From Actinomycetales bacterium (GTDB lineage: Bacteria > Actinomycetota > Actinomycetes > Actinomycetales > CAVURS01), in the NCBI GenBank assembly GCA_045807245.1, contig JBJMHS010000045.1, positions 1 to 64,000 on the forward strand: 64,000 nt of DNA, written 5' to 3'. Made by a program: the position numbers and the translations under genes. Below the pieces are notes generated by a model that did no database searches, was not told the origin of the DNA, and saw nothing but the letters and a program-made list of their open reading frames with translations. Shown piece by piece: positions 9,069 to 20,080 of this stretch. The stretch's first letter is position 1. Each line of letters starts with the position of its first letter.

Positions 9069-10555
9069 CCGGGCGGCTGACCGGGCGGGTGACGGGGCGG
9101 CTGGCCCGTGGCCGGGCCGAGCATCCAACGCTCGTCCACCGCTCGCGCGCGCGCCTCCCGGGCACGGGCCGCCTGCTCGGCCATGAGCCGAGCGCCGACC
9201 TCGGCCGCGAGGTGCTCGACCCGCGGCTGCACCGGGCCGGGCGTGGAATGCAGCACGAAGGAGACCAGCCCGAGCCGCCGCTGCAGCGCGCCCTGCTCCA
9301 GGCGCAGGCTCTGGGTGCGCTCGTGTGGCACCACGTCGAGCTCGCGGGTGAGCACCCCTCGCCGCACCAGCAACGCCCGGTGAGTCACCCGGAACCCGTG
9401 CCGTCGCCACGAGAGGGGGTCGAGCCAGCGGGCCGGGCGCGGGCTCGCGGTGAAGCCACCGAAGTCACCCGCGCCGGTCAGCCCCGCGTCCAGCACCGCG
9501 AGCACCGGCTCCTCCGGGCCCACGCCGAGGTCGGGCAGGACCAGCGACAGCACGGCCACCGCCTCCTGCCGGGTACCCACCGGCAGCAGCAGGTTGTCCG
9601 ACGCTCCCCGCTGGCCACCCTCCGGCTGGCCGCCGCTGTAGCCGGCGACGTTGACCTCGACCCGCCACCAGTCCCGGCCGCGCCAGAGCCAGGGCTGGGC
9701 CAGCCGCACTGCCTGCACCCGGCCGGGCGGCACGGTCTGGGCGGTGGTCTGCAACAGCCCGTGATGCAGCCGCACCCCGTCCGGCGAGGTGGCCACCCGG
9801 AACGTGAAGCCGTTGTTGAACCGCGCCCACTGGATGCCGAACAGGCCGATGACCGCCGGGACCAGCGCGATCACGAAGGCGAGCGAGTGCAGCAGCACGG
9901 ACACGGCGACCAGCGCGACGGCCCCGACGAGCGCGATCGCCGTCGCGCTGCTGCGGGCCAGGCTCTCGATCAGCCGCGGCACGGGTACGGCGAGCACCAC
10001 GTGCTCGGGTGCCTCGGGGGCCTGTTCGTGATGCTCGACGCGCAGGCCGGCCGCCCGGGCGAGGAGCAGGCGGCGCAGGTTCTGGGCGTCCGACTCGGGC
10101 AGGTAGGACAGCCGGACGGCCGAGCCCTTGCCGCCCGCGACCTCGACCCGCAGCTCGGCCAGCCCGATGAACCGGGCCAGCAGGGGCTGCACCACGTCCA
10201 CGGCCTGCAGCCGATCCAGCCGGGCCTGGCGCTGCTGGCGGTTCAGGACGCCGGTGCGCAGATGCAGCGCCTCGGCGTCGACGGAGTAGGACGACATGCG
10301 CCAGGACAGCAGGGAGAAGCCGAGCGCGATGAGCACGACGAGCCCGAAGATGCCGAGAGTGATGGTGCGCTGGAGCCCCGACGGCAGCCCCTCGCCGCGG
10401 GCCAGGCTGTCCCCGCTCTGCTGCAACAGGATCACCGCGGCGACCGTCACGATCTTCCAGCCGCGCACGAGCGGGGACAGTGGATGCAGGCGTTGCCAAC
10501 CCGTCCCGGCCCGGTCGGCCACCTCGCCCGCCGCGACGCCCGCCGTCTCGCTCAC
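9017..10555 (-). CDS. bPH_2 (PH-domain) membrane protein, YdbT-like
   Basis: [40 protein letters not shown], repeated PH-like units; start overlaps the upstream stop. Confidence 0.85.
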   Translation of the reverse strand: MSETAGVAAGEVADRAGTGWQRLHPLSPLVRGWKIVTVAAVILLQQSGDSLARGEGLPSGLQRTITLGIFGLVVLIALGFSLLSWRMSSYSVDAEALHLRTGVLNRQQRQARLDRLQAVDVVQPLLARFIGLAELRVEVAGGKGSAVRLSYLPESDAQNLRRLLLARAAGLRVEHHEQAPEAPEHVVLAVPVPRLIESLARSSATAIALVGAVALVAVSVLLHSLAFVIALVPAVIGLFGIQWARFNNGFTFRVATSPDGVRLHHGLLQTTAQTVPPGRVQAVRLAQPWLWRGRDWWRVEVNVAGYSGGQPEGGQRGASDNLLLPVGTRQEAVAVLSLVLPDLGVGPEEPVLAVLDAGLTGAGDFGGFTASPRPARWLDPLSWRRHGFRVTHRALLVRRGVLTRELDVVPHERTQSLRLEQGALQRRLGLVSFVLHSTPGPVQPRVEHLAAEVGARLMAEQAARAREARARAVDERWMLGPATGQPPRHPPGQPPGQQAGSVSNLTSRPESS

Positions 10556-11034
10556 AGCCCGGCCAGCCGCGCCTCGCCGCGCCGCGCCAGCCGGTCGCGC
10601 AGCCGAGCCGCCTCGTCGGGCGGCAGGCCCGGGATCTGGGCATCGGTGCCCGGCGACGCGGTGTGCAGCTGGACCCGCGCGATCCCGAACCGGCGGTCGA
10701 TCGGACCGGCCTGCACGTCGACGTACTGCATCCGCCCGTACGGCACCACGACGAGCGCGCGGATCAGGATGCCGCGACGGACCAGCAGGTCGTCCTCGCG
10801 CTCGGCGTACCCGATCGCGCCCACCTGCCGGCCGACGACCCACCAGGCCCAGGCGAAGAACCCGAGCAGGACCGGTACGGCGACCAGCGCCCAGGCCGGG
10901 ACGCCGAGGACGACCAGCACGATCGGGATGGCGACGAGGACGAGCATCTGCACGCTCAGGGCCAGGCGCCGGGCCGCGGCCAGACGCGGCGACACCCGCT
11001 GCCAGGTGACGTCGGCCGGGTCGAACGGTTCCAC
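10552..11034 (-). CDS. bPH_2 (PH-domain) membrane protein, YdbS-like
   Basis: WQRVSPRL, two TMs, [29 protein letters not shown]. Confidence 0.88.
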   Translation of the reverse strand: MEPFDPADVTWQRVSPRLAAARRLALSVQMLVLVAIPIVLVVLGVPAWALVAVPVLLGFFAWAWWVVGRQVGAIGYAEREDDLLVRRGILIRALVVVPYGRMQYVDVQAGPIDRRFGIARVQLHTASPGTDAQIPGLPPDEAARLRDRLARRGEARLAGL

Positions 11035-11071
11035 CGACCGATCCTTCCACGCGTGGTGCGAGGATCGGCGT

Positions 11072-12256
11072 GTGAGTGACCAGTCGGGCGCGCGCGAGCT
11101 CAGCGTCGGGGTCGGCGGCGGCGCCGACACGTCGCGCCTCGGCACGGCCGACATGGTGCTCAACATCGGCCCGCAGCACCCGGCGACGCACGGCGTGCTG
11201 CGCCTGCGGCTGGTCGTCGACGGCGAGCGCATCGTCAGCGCCGAGCCGATCGTCGGCTACATGCACCGCGGGGCCGAGAAGCTGTTCGAGGTGCGCGACT
11301 ACCGCCAGATCATCGTGCTGGCCAACCGGCATGACTGGCTCTCGGCGTTCGCCAACGAGCTGGGCGTCGTACTGGCGGCCGAACAGCTGCTCGGCATGGA
11401 GGTGCCACCGCGAGCCGTGTGGGCGCGGACCTTGCTGGCCGAGCTGAACCGGGTGCTGAACCACCTCATGTTCCTGGGGTCCTACCCGCTGGAGCTGGGC
11501 GCGATCACGCCGATCTTCTACTCCTTCCGCGAGCGCGAGGAGCTCCAGGCCGTGATGGAGGAGATCTCCGGCGGGCGGATGCACTACATGTTCAACCGGG
11601 TCGGCGGCCTCAAGGAGGACCTGCCCGCAGGCTGGCTGGGCCGGGTCCGGTCAGCGGTCGCGGCGGTACGCCGGCGCCTGCCGGACCTGGAGAGCCTGCT
11701 GGTCGGCAACGAGATCCTGCGGGCGCGCACCCGCGGGGTCGGCGTGCTGCCCCGCGCGATGGTCGCGGCGTACGGCGTGTCCGGACCGATCGCGCGCGCG
11801 GCCGGCCTCGACCTCGACCTCAGGCGGGACGAGCCGTACCTGGGGTACGGCGAGCTGTTCGCCAGCGGCGGCCCGGGCCGGGTCGTGACCCGGGCCGAGG
11901 GCGACTGCCTGGCCCGCTTCGAGGTGCTGCTGGAGCAGGTGCACGTCTCCCTCGACCTGGTCGAGGCGTGCGCGGACCGGCTGTCGTCCCTGGACCGCGG
12001 GCCGATCAACGTCCGGCTGCCCAAGGTGCTGCGGGTGCCGGAGGGCGCGATCTACCGCTGGACCGAGAACCCGCTCGGCCTCAACGGCTACTACCTGGTC
12101 TCGCGGGGGGACAAGACGCCCTGGCGGCTCAAACTGCGCTCGGCGTCGTTCTCCAACGTGCAGGCGCTGTCCTGGCTGCTGCCCGGCAACCTCATCGCCG
12201 ACATGGTCGCGATCATCGGCTCGACGTTCTTCGTCGTCGGCGACGTCGACAAGTAG
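11072..12256 (+). CDS. nuoD: Stand-alone NADH-quinone oxidoreductase subunit D homologue
   Basis: [65 protein letters not shown]. Confidence 0.9.
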   Translation: MSDQSGARELSVGVGGGADTSRLGTADMVLNIGPQHPATHGVLRLRLVVDGERIVSAEPIVGYMHRGAEKLFEVRDYRQIIVLANRHDWLSAFANELGVVLAAEQLLGMEVPPRAVWARTLLAELNRVLNHLMFLGSYPLELGAITPIFYSFREREELQAVMEEISGGRMHYMFNRVGGLKEDLPAGWLGRVRSAVAAVRRRLPDLESLLVGNEILRARTRGVGVLPRAMVAAYGVSGPIARAAGLDLDLRRDEPYLGYGELFASGGPGRVVTRAEGDCLARFEVLLEQVHVSLDLVEACADRLSSLDRGPINVRLPKVLRVPEGAIYRWTENPLGLNGYYLVSRGDKTPWRLKLRSASFSNVQALSWLLPGNLIADMVAIIGSTFFVVGDVDK

Positions 12257-12283
12257 GACGAAGTAGAGGCGCGAAGCGCCCGA

Positions 12284-13039
12284 TCAGGCGCTGTGCCGGG
12301 ACTTGTACGCCGGGTCGCGCGGTGCGGCCGCGTCGGCGGGCTGGGCAGCGGCGTGCCGGCCGGCCATGGCGGCCGCCTGCGCGTGCCGGCGCTCGGCCTC
12401 GAACGCGGCGTAGACCCGGTCGTCGATGCTGCCCGCCGCCCGGTCCGGCTCCAGCACCGAGAGCGGGAAGAGCTTGACCACTGGATGCGGCACGGTGTCG
12501 ACCATCGGGTCGATGTCGTCCTCGTCGGGTTCCACGGGCAGGCGGACGAGGGACAGGGGAGGCCAAGGGGTGCCGGCGTCGCCGTCGCGCAACATGACCG
12601 GGCCGACCGGCGGGACCAGCCGCGAGCCCTCCGGCGGCGTCCAATACGACGTGGCGGACCAGGCCGAGACGTCGTCCGCCGTGAGAGAAGATCCGGTGAG
12701 CGAACCGAGACTCGTACCGGCCGGCAGGGGCGGCAGGCTCATCGCGAGCGCGACCGCCGGCTGGAGCTGCTCGTCGGTCAGCAGCGACATCGGCGGCGGG
12801 TTCGCCGACAGCACTCGGTGATGACCGCGGTGAGCGCGCCCCCGGGCGACGCCCCCGCCGGTGAGGGTCGCGGCGGCACCGAGGGCACCGGCCGCTGCGG
12901 TCTGGTCGCCCGACCCCTGGAGGGCGGCGGTGACGACACCGGCCGCGCTGGCCGCAGCCAGGACGGCGACCAGCACGCCGGGCACCCGGCGGCGCCAGGA
13001 CCGGCGGCCGCCGCGGTGCTTCCCCGGCAGAACAGTCAC
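12284..13039 (-). CDS. Hypothetical membrane-anchored protein
   Basis: N-terminal basic stretch plus hydrophobic segments; TAGCCT -10 7 nt before the GTG; fills the intergenic gap; no recognised domain. Confidence 0.5.
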   Translation of the reverse strand: MTVLPGKHRGGRRSWRRRVPGVLVAVLAAASAAGVVTAALQGSGDQTAAAGALGAAATLTGGGVARGRAHRGHHRVLSANPPPMSLLTDEQLQPAVALAMSLPPLPAGTSLGSLTGSSLTADDVSAWSATSYWTPPEGSRLVPPVGPVMLRDGDAGTPWPPLSLVRLPVEPDEDDIDPMVDTVPHPVVKLFPLSVLEPDRAAGSIDDRVYAAFEAERRHAQAAAMAGRHAAAQPADAAAPRDPAYKSRHSA

Positions 13040-13093
13040 GGCTCGAAGGCTAGAGTCCGGTTTCGCCCCATGGTGGGACGTGGCACATCAGTC

Positions 13094-13621
13094 TCAGTCG
13101 TGTCGTCTCGTCTCATCAGTCACATCGTCGCCGGCGCGGCCCCGGTCCTGGCCACTCACGCCTCCGGTGCCTTCCGGCCCCTCGGGCGGCACCCGGCACA
13201 TCCGCTCGGCGAGCAGCCCGGCGGCCGAGGCCGCGAGCGCGGCCAACGCGGTGACCGCCGCGCGGACCGCCTGCGTCTGCCGGGCGTCCACGTCCAGGTC
13301 AGGCGCCAGCACGAGGACCTGGGCGAGGTACCAGCCGACCACGACGGCACCCGCGTAGGCCGTCGCCTTGCCCAGCACCGCGGCGCGGGCCGCCTGCAGC
13401 GGGTCGACCGGCCGGGCGCCAGGACCGCCGCGCAACATCCGGCGCACCGGCAGGGCCGCGGAGTAGACCAGGCACGCGACCAGCGCCAGCCCGATCGACG
13501 CCGTCCACGGCACCGGCGGCATGTCGTGGCCGCCGGACCGCAGCGTCCGCTGCAGCGCGAAGCTCACCAGTGTCGCGACGAGCGCGACGAGGAGCAGCAC
13601 CCGGATCCGGGTCGGCCTCAT
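13094..13621 (-). CDS. DUF3180-family membrane protein
   Basis: MRPTR start, DPLQAARAAVLGKATAYAGA, AERMCRVP; typical position after folK. Confidence 0.85.
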   Translation of the reverse strand: MRPTRIRVLLLVALVATLVSFALQRTLRSGGHDMPPVPWTASIGLALVACLVYSAALPVRRMLRGGPGARPVDPLQAARAAVLGKATAYAGAVVVGWYLAQVLVLAPDLDVDARQTQAVRAAVTALAALAASAAGLLAERMCRVPPEGPEGTGGVSGQDRGRAGDDVTDETRRHD

Positions 13622-14235
13622 CGCGCCACCACCCGACCCAGCAGCCCGGCCGCGACCGATCCGGCCGGCCAGCCGGGACCGGGCTCGAGCCCTGCGCGGT
13701 CCGGCGCGCGTTCGGCCAGGCGGGACACCTCGGCAACCTCCCCGGAGGCCGACACCAGCCGGGCCTGCGGGTCGGCCTGCGCCCACGGCCAGAGCACGAA
13801 GGCGCGCTCGTGTGCGCGCGGATGGGGCAGGGTCAGGCCCGGGTCGTCGCTGAGCACGACTCCTGGCGAGCTCCGGTCGGCGCCAGGTTCGGCGCCCGGG
13901 CCGGCGCTTGTGCCCTCGCCGTACTGGATGACGTCGACGTCCAGCGTGCGCGGCCCCCACCGGACCAGTCGTTCGCGGCCGGCTCGCAGCTCGATCAGGT
14001 GGGCGGCGGCCAGGACCGCGCGGGGGGTCAGCGTCGTGCGGGCGAGGACGACGGCGTTGAGGTACGCCGGCTGCTCGGGGCCGCCGACCGGCTCGGTCCG
14101 GGCGAGCGGGGACACGGCCATGAGGTGGAGGCCGTCGACCTCGGCGAGCTGCTCGACCGCCTCGGTCAGGGTCGCGACGGGGTCGCCCAGGTTGGCGCCG
14201 AGGGCCAGGACGACGGGTGCGGCGGGACCGTTCAC
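13618..14235 (-). CDS. folK: 2-amino-4-hydroxy-6-hydroxymethyldihydropteridine diphosphokinase
   Basis: LALGANLGD, YLNAV, RWGPRTLDVD, LPHPRAHERAFVL. Confidence 0.95.
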   Translation of the reverse strand: MNGPAAPVVLALGANLGDPVATLTEAVEQLAEVDGLHLMAVSPLARTEPVGGPEQPAYLNAVVLARTTLTPRAVLAAAHLIELRAGRERLVRWGPRTLDVDVIQYGEGTSAGPGAEPGADRSSPGVVLSDDPGLTLPHPRAHERAFVLWPWAQADPQARLVSASGEVAEVSRLAERAPDRAGLEPGPGWPAGSVAAGLLGRVVAR

Positions 14236-14606
14236 GGGCGCTCACGGTGGATGCGGACGACGACGTCGTCGAACGGCACGGTGACCGGCGCCTCCGGCTT
14301 GTGCACCGAGACGTCGACAGCGTGCACCCGGTCGTAGCCGAGGGCCACGTCGGCGATGCGCTGGGCCAGCGTCTCGACCAGGTCGAACGGCTCGCCGGTG
14401 ATGACGGCCACGACCTGCTGCGCGACGGCGCCGTAGTCGACCGTCCGGCTCAGGTCGTCGGATGCCGCGGCCGCACGGGTGTCCAGATGCAGGGTCACGT
14501 CGGCCGCGAACCGCTGACCCAGGGCCCGCTCGTGGGTCAGCACACCGTGCCGTCCGCGCCCACTCAGGCCGCGCAGCTCGATCCGGTCCAGCGCCAGGTC
14601 AGCCAC
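14232..14606 (-). CDS. folB: Dihydroneopterin aldolase
   Basis: GRHGVLTHERALGQRF, SDDLSRTVDYG, LVETLA, HKPEAP. Confidence 0.95.
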   Translation of the reverse strand: MADLALDRIELRGLSGRGRHGVLTHERALGQRFAADVTLHLDTRAAAASDDLSRTVDYGAVAQQVVAVITGEPFDLVETLAQRIADVALGYDRVHAVDVSVHKPEAPVTVPFDDVVVRIHRERP

Positions 14607-15495
14607 GGGCGCCACCGGCCCGCAGCCACGCGTCCGCGACCCGCACGGCGTCCAGCGTCCCCGGCACGTCATGGACCCGGACGCACCACACCCCCGCGGC
14701 CGCGGCCAGGGCGCTCGTCGCGTGGGTGGCGGCGTCGCGAGCATCCGGTGGCGCCGGGGTGCCGTCCGGTCCGGCCAGCAGGGAGCCGAGGAAGCGCTTG
14801 CGCGAGGCCCCCACGAGCAGCGGCCGCCCGAGGCCGACGAGCTGGTCGAGGCCGCGCAGGAGGGCCCAGTTCTGCGACGCATCCTTGGCGAAGCCCAGCC
14901 CCGGGTCGAGCACCACGCGGTCGGCTGAAACCCCTTGCGCTACAACGCTTTCCAGTCGCGCCGACAGTTCCTTGCCGACATCCGCCACGACATCGTCGTA
15001 CGACGCGTGCTGCTCCATCTCCGTGCTGTGCCCACGCCAGTGCATGACGACGTACGGCACCCCGGCGTCGGCGACGAGCGGCGGGAGGTGCGGGTCGGCC
15101 TGGCCGCCGCTGACGTCGTTGACGAGTGCTGCTCCCGCGGCGAGCGCCGCCTCAGCGACCTCGGCCCGCATCGTGTCGATGCTCACGACGACGCCGGCCG
15201 CGCTGAGCTCGCGGACGACGGGTACGACGCGGCGCAGCTCCTCCGCGACGTCCGGCCGCTGCGCACCGGGCCGGGTCGACTCGCCGCCGACGTCGACCAG
15301 GTCGGCCCCCTGGGCGGCCAGCTCCAGGCCGTGGCCCACGGCGGCGTCCGGCTCGAGCCAGAGTCCCCCGTCGGAGAACGAGTCCGGGGTCACGTTGACG
15401 ACGCCCATGACGAGGCTGCGCGTCGTACCGGCCAGCCGGTCGAGCAAGGCCTGCGGCAGGCCCGCCGGGTGGCGCGAGGCCGCGGCTGTGCTCAC
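14599..15495 (-). CDS. folP: Dihydropteroate synthase
   Basis: MGVVNVTPDSFSDGG, DVGGESTRPGA, DPGLGFAK, SRKRF, RVHDV. Confidence 0.96.
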   Translation of the reverse strand: MSTAAASRHPAGLPQALLDRLAGTTRSLVMGVVNVTPDSFSDGGLWLEPDAAVGHGLELAAQGADLVDVGGESTRPGAQRPDVAEELRRVVPVVRELSAAGVVVSIDTMRAEVAEAALAAGAALVNDVSGGQADPHLPPLVADAGVPYVVMHWRGHSTEMEQHASYDDVVADVGKELSARLESVVAQGVSADRVVLDPGLGFAKDASQNWALLRGLDQLVGLGRPLLVGASRKRFLGSLLAGPDGTPAPPDARDAATHATSALAAAAGVWCVRVHDVPGTLDAVRVADAWLRAGGARG

Positions 15496-17219
15496 CCCGC
15501 CAGCCTAGGTCCCCGGCGGGCGCGGCCGGCGGGCCCGCGCGACCAGACCGGCCGGCGCGGCCGGACGATGAACGCCTCCGCCTCCAGCGCGGCCAAGCCG
15601 ATCCGCGGCAGGTTCGCCGCCGCCGGGTACACCAGGTAACGGGGCTCCCACTGGGGCGCGAACTTGGCGTTGAACCGGTACAGGGACTCGATCTGGAACC
15701 ACCGCGAGGCGAACACCAGCAGTCCGCGCCAGGCCCGCGACACCGGACCGGCCCCGAGGCGCTCGCCGCGCTCCAGCGCCGCCCGGAAGGCCGCGAAGTT
15801 GAGCGAAACCCGCCGGATGCCGAGCGAGGGCGCGGCCTGCAGGGCGGCGACGATGAGCAGCTCGTTGAGGCCGGGGTCGGCCGACCGGTCGCGTCGCATC
15901 AGGTCGAGCGACATCCCGTCCTCGCCCCAGGGCACGAAGTGCAGGAACGCCCGCAGCACGCCGTCCTTGCGGGCCTCCACCAGGACGCAGCCCGCGTCCC
16001 GCGGGTCGCCCAGCCGGCCCAGGGCCATGGAGAAACCTCGCTCCGGGCCGGACCCGCGCCAGCTGCGCGCCTGGCGCGTGCAGCCGACCAGCTCCTCCTC
16101 GGACAGGTCCGCCATGCGGCGGATCCGCGTCGTGTACCCGGCGCGCTGCACCCGCTTCACCATCTGGCGCACGTTGCGCATGCCGCGGCCGTCGAGGGTG
16201 AAGGACGCGACGTCCACGACGGCCTCGTCGCCCAGCTCGAGCGCGTCGTACGACGCCTCCCGGCACCAGACCTGGCCGCCCAGCTCAGAGCAGCCGATGA
16301 CCGCCGGCGTCCAGGCGTGCCGGTCTGCCTCCTCGATGAAAGCCCGGATGGCGCCGGGCCAGGCCTCGGGGTCACCCAGCGGGTCACCGCTGGCCAGCAT
16401 CACGCCGGACACGACCCGGTAGGCGATGCACGACTTGCCGCTGTCCGACCAGAGCACGCTCTTGTCCCGGCGGAGGGCGAAGAAGCCGAGCGAGTCGCGG
16501 GCACCGTGGCGCTGGAGCAGCTCGCGCATCCGGGTCTCGTCGGAGGCGCTGAGCAGCTGTTGGGGGCGCACCGGCCGCAGCACCAGGTAGATCGTGGTCA
16601 GCGCGGTGAGCAGCCCGAGGGCCAGCAGCATCGCGCTGACCAGGTCGTCGTCCTTGCGGAAGCGCAGCGGCCCGCTGATGCCGGCCATGCCGAGCCAGAC
16701 GTGCTGCACGACGGCAGACAGCGACGCGGAGCCGGCGATGTCGTCGCGGCGGAGCTCGACGGCAGCGACGCCGAGCACGGTGCAGACGACCGCGAGCAGC
16801 CCGAAGACCCGTACGGCGAGCCAGCGGGTCCGCGGGTCACCCAGGGCGTAGAACTCGGCCCGGTTGAACCAGAGCAGGACGCCCAGCCCGAGGGCCAAGG
16901 TCGCCGCCACCGGCTCGCCCTTGACGACGTGGAACGCGACGCTGGCCGCGAGCAGCAGCACGGTGACCCGCCAGGCGCGGCGCTTGCGCCGTCGCAGCGC
17001 GTGCGCGAGCAGCAGGAGCAGGACCCCGGTGACGGCCGTCGCCGCCGCCGCGGCGTCGCTCAGGGCCCCCGGGACGAGGTCGTTGAACAGGTCAAGGCGC
17101 TGGCGCAGGCCGTGGGTGACGGCCGAGGCGATGTCGACCAGTCCGACCAGGTACGTCGCGACGCCGATCCAGCGAGGTAGGCGGGCCGGCGTGAACCGCG
17201 AGCGCGCCGGGCGGCTCAC
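15492..17219 (-). CDS. Phosphatidylglycerol lysyltransferase-like protein (LysX/MprF synthase domain, DUF2156) without fused LysRS
   Basis: N-terminal TMs; [50 protein letters not shown]. Confidence 0.88.
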   Translation of the reverse strand: MSRPARSRFTPARLPRWIGVATYLVGLVDIASAVTHGLRQRLDLFNDLVPGALSDAAAAATAVTGVLLLLLAHALRRRKRRAWRVTVLLLAASVAFHVVKGEPVAATLALGLGVLLWFNRAEFYALGDPRTRWLAVRVFGLLAVVCTVLGVAAVELRRDDIAGSASLSAVVQHVWLGMAGISGPLRFRKDDDLVSAMLLALGLLTALTTIYLVLRPVRPQQLLSASDETRMRELLQRHGARDSLGFFALRRDKSVLWSDSGKSCIAYRVVSGVMLASGDPLGDPEAWPGAIRAFIEEADRHAWTPAVIGCSELGGQVWCREASYDALELGDEAVVDVASFTLDGRGMRNVRQMVKRVQRAGYTTRIRRMADLSEEELVGCTRQARSWRGSGPERGFSMALGRLGDPRDAGCVLVEARKDGVLRAFLHFVPWGEDGMSLDLMRRDRSADPGLNELLIVAALQAAPSLGIRRVSLNFAAFRAALERGERLGAGPVSRAWRGLLVFASRWFQIESLYRFNAKFAPQWEPRYLVYPAAANLPRIGLAALEAEAFIVRPRRPVWSRGPAGRARRGPRLAG

Positions 17220-17833
17220 CGGGCATGTCCGAGGACCAGGCTCATCGCCTCGGCCCGGGTCGCCGGGTTGCGCAGCTGGCCGCGCACCGTCGAGGTCGTG
17301 GTGCGCGACCCGGGCTTGCGCACACCGCGCATGGACATGCACAGGTGCTCGGCCTCGACGACCACCAGCACGCCGCGCGGCTCGAGCACCTGCACGAGCG
17401 CGTCGGCCACCTGGGTGGTCAACCGCTCCTGCAGCTGCGGCCGGCGGGCGTAGACGTCGACCAGCCGGGCCAGCTTGGACAGCCCGGTCACGCGCCCGTG
17501 CTCGCCCGGGATGTAGCCCACGTGCGCCACGCCGTGGAACGGCAGCAGGTGGTGCTCGCAGGTGGAGTAGATCTCGATGTCGCGGACCAGCACCAGCTCG
17601 TCGTGGCCGAGCTCGAACGTCGTGGTCAGGACGTCGCGCGGATCCTGCGCCAGGCCACGGAAGATCTCCTGGTAGGACCGGGCCACCCGCGACGGGGTGT
17701 CCCGCAGCCCCTCACGGTCGGGGTTCTCGCCGATGGCGAGCAGCAGCTCGCGAACAGCGGCCTCGGCCCGCGGCAGGTCCACGAAGGCCGGGCTCGAATG
17801 CGACGGCGGCCCCCCCGCCGGTGCGTCGGTCAC
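17216..17833 (-). CDS. folE: GTP cyclohydrolase I
   Basis: [41 protein letters not shown]. Confidence 0.97.
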   Translation of the reverse strand: MTDAPAGGPPSHSSPAFVDLPRAEAAVRELLLAIGENPDREGLRDTPSRVARSYQEIFRGLAQDPRDVLTTTFELGHDELVLVRDIEIYSTCEHHLLPFHGVAHVGYIPGEHGRVTGLSKLARLVDVYARRPQLQERLTTQVADALVQVLEPRGVLVVVEAEHLCMSMRGVRKPGSRTTTSTVRGQLRNPATRAEAMSLVLGHAR

Positions 17834-17834
17834 G

Positions 17835-19868
17835 TCAGCCGATGGGGCCCGGGTCGACGGCGCCGCCCTCGGGCACCTCGACGATCGCGCTCGGCGGGTG
17901 CTCCTCCTCCGGCTGCGGCGCCGCGTGGCCGTTCAACCGCGCCGCCCGCTCGGCCGGCGTCTGCACCGGTGGCAGGTCACTGATCGGGCGTCGCTCGCTG
18001 GACAGCCAGACCGGCCGCTCGTCCCGCTTGTGCACGGGCGCGAAGATCTCGGTCAGGTCGTCCTTGTTGAGCGTCTCCCGCTCCAGCAGCGCCAGCACCA
18101 GGTTGTCCAGCACGCCGCGGTGCTCGATCAGGACCTCCCACGCCTCGTCGTGCGCGGTCTCGACCAGCCGGCGTACCTCTTCGTCGACCACGCCGGCCAC
18201 GCCCTCCGAGTAGTCGCGCTCGTGGCCCATGTCGCGGCCGAGGAAGACCTCGCCGCGGTCCTGGCCGAGCTTGATCGCACCGACCCGCTCGCTCATGCCG
18301 AACTGGGTGACCATCTTGCGGGCCAGGCCGGTGGCCTTCTCGATGTCGTTGGCCGCGCCGGTCGTCGGGTCGTGGAACACGAGCTCCTCGGCCACGCGGC
18401 CGCCCATGGCGTAGGCCAGCTGGTCGAGCATCTCGTTGCGCGTCGTGGAGTACTTGTCGTCGACGGGCAGCACCATCGTGTAGCCGAGGGCGCGGCCGCG
18501 GGGCAGGATCGTCACCTTCGTCACCGGATCCGTGTGCGGCAGTGCCGCCGCCACGAGCGCATGTCCGCCCTCGTGGTACGCGGTGATCTTCTTCTCCTTG
18601 TCGTTCATGATCCGGCTGCGCTTCTGCGGCCCGGCCACGACCCGGTCGATCGCCTCGTCCAGGGCGTTGTCGTCGATGACCTTGCCGTTCTGGCGGGCGG
18701 TGAGCAGGGCCGCCTCGTTGAGCACGTTGGCCAGGTCGGCGCCCGTGAAACCCGGGGTACGGCGCGCGACCGCCATGAGGTCGACGGCCGGCGCCATCGG
18801 CTTGCCCTTGGCGTGGACCTTGAGGATCGCGTTTCGGCCTTGCATGTCCGGGGCGTCGACGGCGATCTGCCGGTCGAAACGTCCCGGGCGCAGCAGGGCC
18901 GGGTCGAGGATGTCCGGCCGGTTGGTGGCCGCGATGAGGATGACGTTGGTCTTGACGTCGAAGCCGTCCATCTCGACGAGCAGCTGGTTCAGCGTCTGCT
19001 CGCGCTCGTCGTGGCCTCCGCCGAGCCCGGCACCGCGGTGCCGACCCACGGCGTCGATCTCGTCGACGAAGACGATGGCCGGAGCGTTGGCCTTGGCCTG
19101 CTCGAACAGGTCCCGCACTCGGCTGGCACCGACGCCGACGAACATCTCGACGAAGTCCGAGCCGGAGATGGAGTAGAACGGCACGCCGGCCTCGCCGGCA
19201 ACGGCGCGGGCCAGCAACGTCTTGCCGGTGCCCGGCTGGCCGTACAGCAGCACACCCTTGGGGATCTTCGCCCCGACGGCCTGGAACTTGGCCGGCTCGG
19301 AGAGGAACTCCTTGATCTCGTGCAGCTCCTCGACGGCCTCGTCGGCACCCGCCACGTCGGCGAAGGTGACCTTGGGGGTGTCCTTGCTGACCAGCTTGGC
19401 CCGGCTCTTGCCGAAGTTCATGACCCGGCTGCCGCCGCCTTGCATCTGGTTCATCAGGAAGAAGAACAGCCCGCCCAGCAGCACGACGGGGAGCAGCGTG
19501 TAGAGCAGGCTCGAGACCCAGCTGCCCTTGGGGTTCACGTCGGTGAAGCCCTCGCTGGGCGTGTGCGCGTTGAGGGCGGCCACGACCTCCTCGCCACGGG
19601 CGTCGATATAGAAGGCCTCGACCTTGGAGGCGTTCTTGACGCCACCGCCGGTGTAGCTCTCACCCTTCTTCAGGGTCAGGTCGATGCTCTGGTCGACGTT
19701 GTTCACCTTGGCGCTGGCGACTTTGTCCTGGTTGATGAGGTTCATCGCGGCCGAGGTGTCGATCTTCTGGAACCCGCCGTTGCCGCTGAGGGTCAGCCAG
19801 ACGGCCGCCGCGACGAGCAGCAGCACGAGCCACATGAGTGGCCCTCGCAGAATGCGCCTGAAATCCAT
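17835..19868 (-). CDS. ftsH: ATP-dependent zinc metalloprotease FtsH
   Basis: Two TMs, [38 protein letters not shown]; start MDFRR chosen. Confidence 0.97.
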   Translation of the reverse strand: MDFRRILRGPLMWLVLLLVAAAVWLTLSGNGGFQKIDTSAAMNLINQDKVASAKVNNVDQSIDLTLKKGESYTGGGVKNASKVEAFYIDARGEEVVAALNAHTPSEGFTDVNPKGSWVSSLLYTLLPVVLLGGLFFFLMNQMQGGGSRVMNFGKSRAKLVSKDTPKVTFADVAGADEAVEELHEIKEFLSEPAKFQAVGAKIPKGVLLYGQPGTGKTLLARAVAGEAGVPFYSISGSDFVEMFVGVGASRVRDLFEQAKANAPAIVFVDEIDAVGRHRGAGLGGGHDEREQTLNQLLVEMDGFDVKTNVILIAATNRPDILDPALLRPGRFDRQIAVDAPDMQGRNAILKVHAKGKPMAPAVDLMAVARRTPGFTGADLANVLNEAALLTARQNGKVIDDNALDEAIDRVVAGPQKRSRIMNDKEKKITAYHEGGHALVAAALPHTDPVTKVTILPRGRALGYTMVLPVDDKYSTTRNEMLDQLAYAMGGRVAEELVFHDPTTGAANDIEKATGLARKMVTQFGMSERVGAIKLGQDRGEVFLGRDMGHERDYSEGVAGVVDEEVRRLVETAHDEAWEVLIEHRGVLDNLVLALLERETLNKDDLTEIFAPVHKRDERPVWLSSERRPISDLPPVQTPAERAARLNGHAAPQPEEEHPPSAIVEVPEGGAVDPGPIG

Positions 19869-20080
19869 TGGCTCCGGGGCCGCGCCCCGACCCCTCCTGG
19901 TCGACCTGACTGAGAGATCAACGGTACCTCGTGCTCGGAGCCCTTTCGTCCGATGGCCGAAGGTGATGCTGCGGCAGCGTTTGGTCAAAAGACGTCTACG
20001 GTTCGTCAGTCGGCAGTAAAGTCCGGCCCGGACCGTCGGCCTGCTAGGCCCCGGCGACATGTGAATACGAGGGAGCGACC

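Noticed and set aside
8471..12256. 1261-aa ORF suggesting a giant NuoD fusion
   Set aside because: The N-terminal ~870 aa are Arg/Gly-rich shadow sequence, mostly antisense to two real PH-domain genes; only 11072-12256 is NuoD-like.
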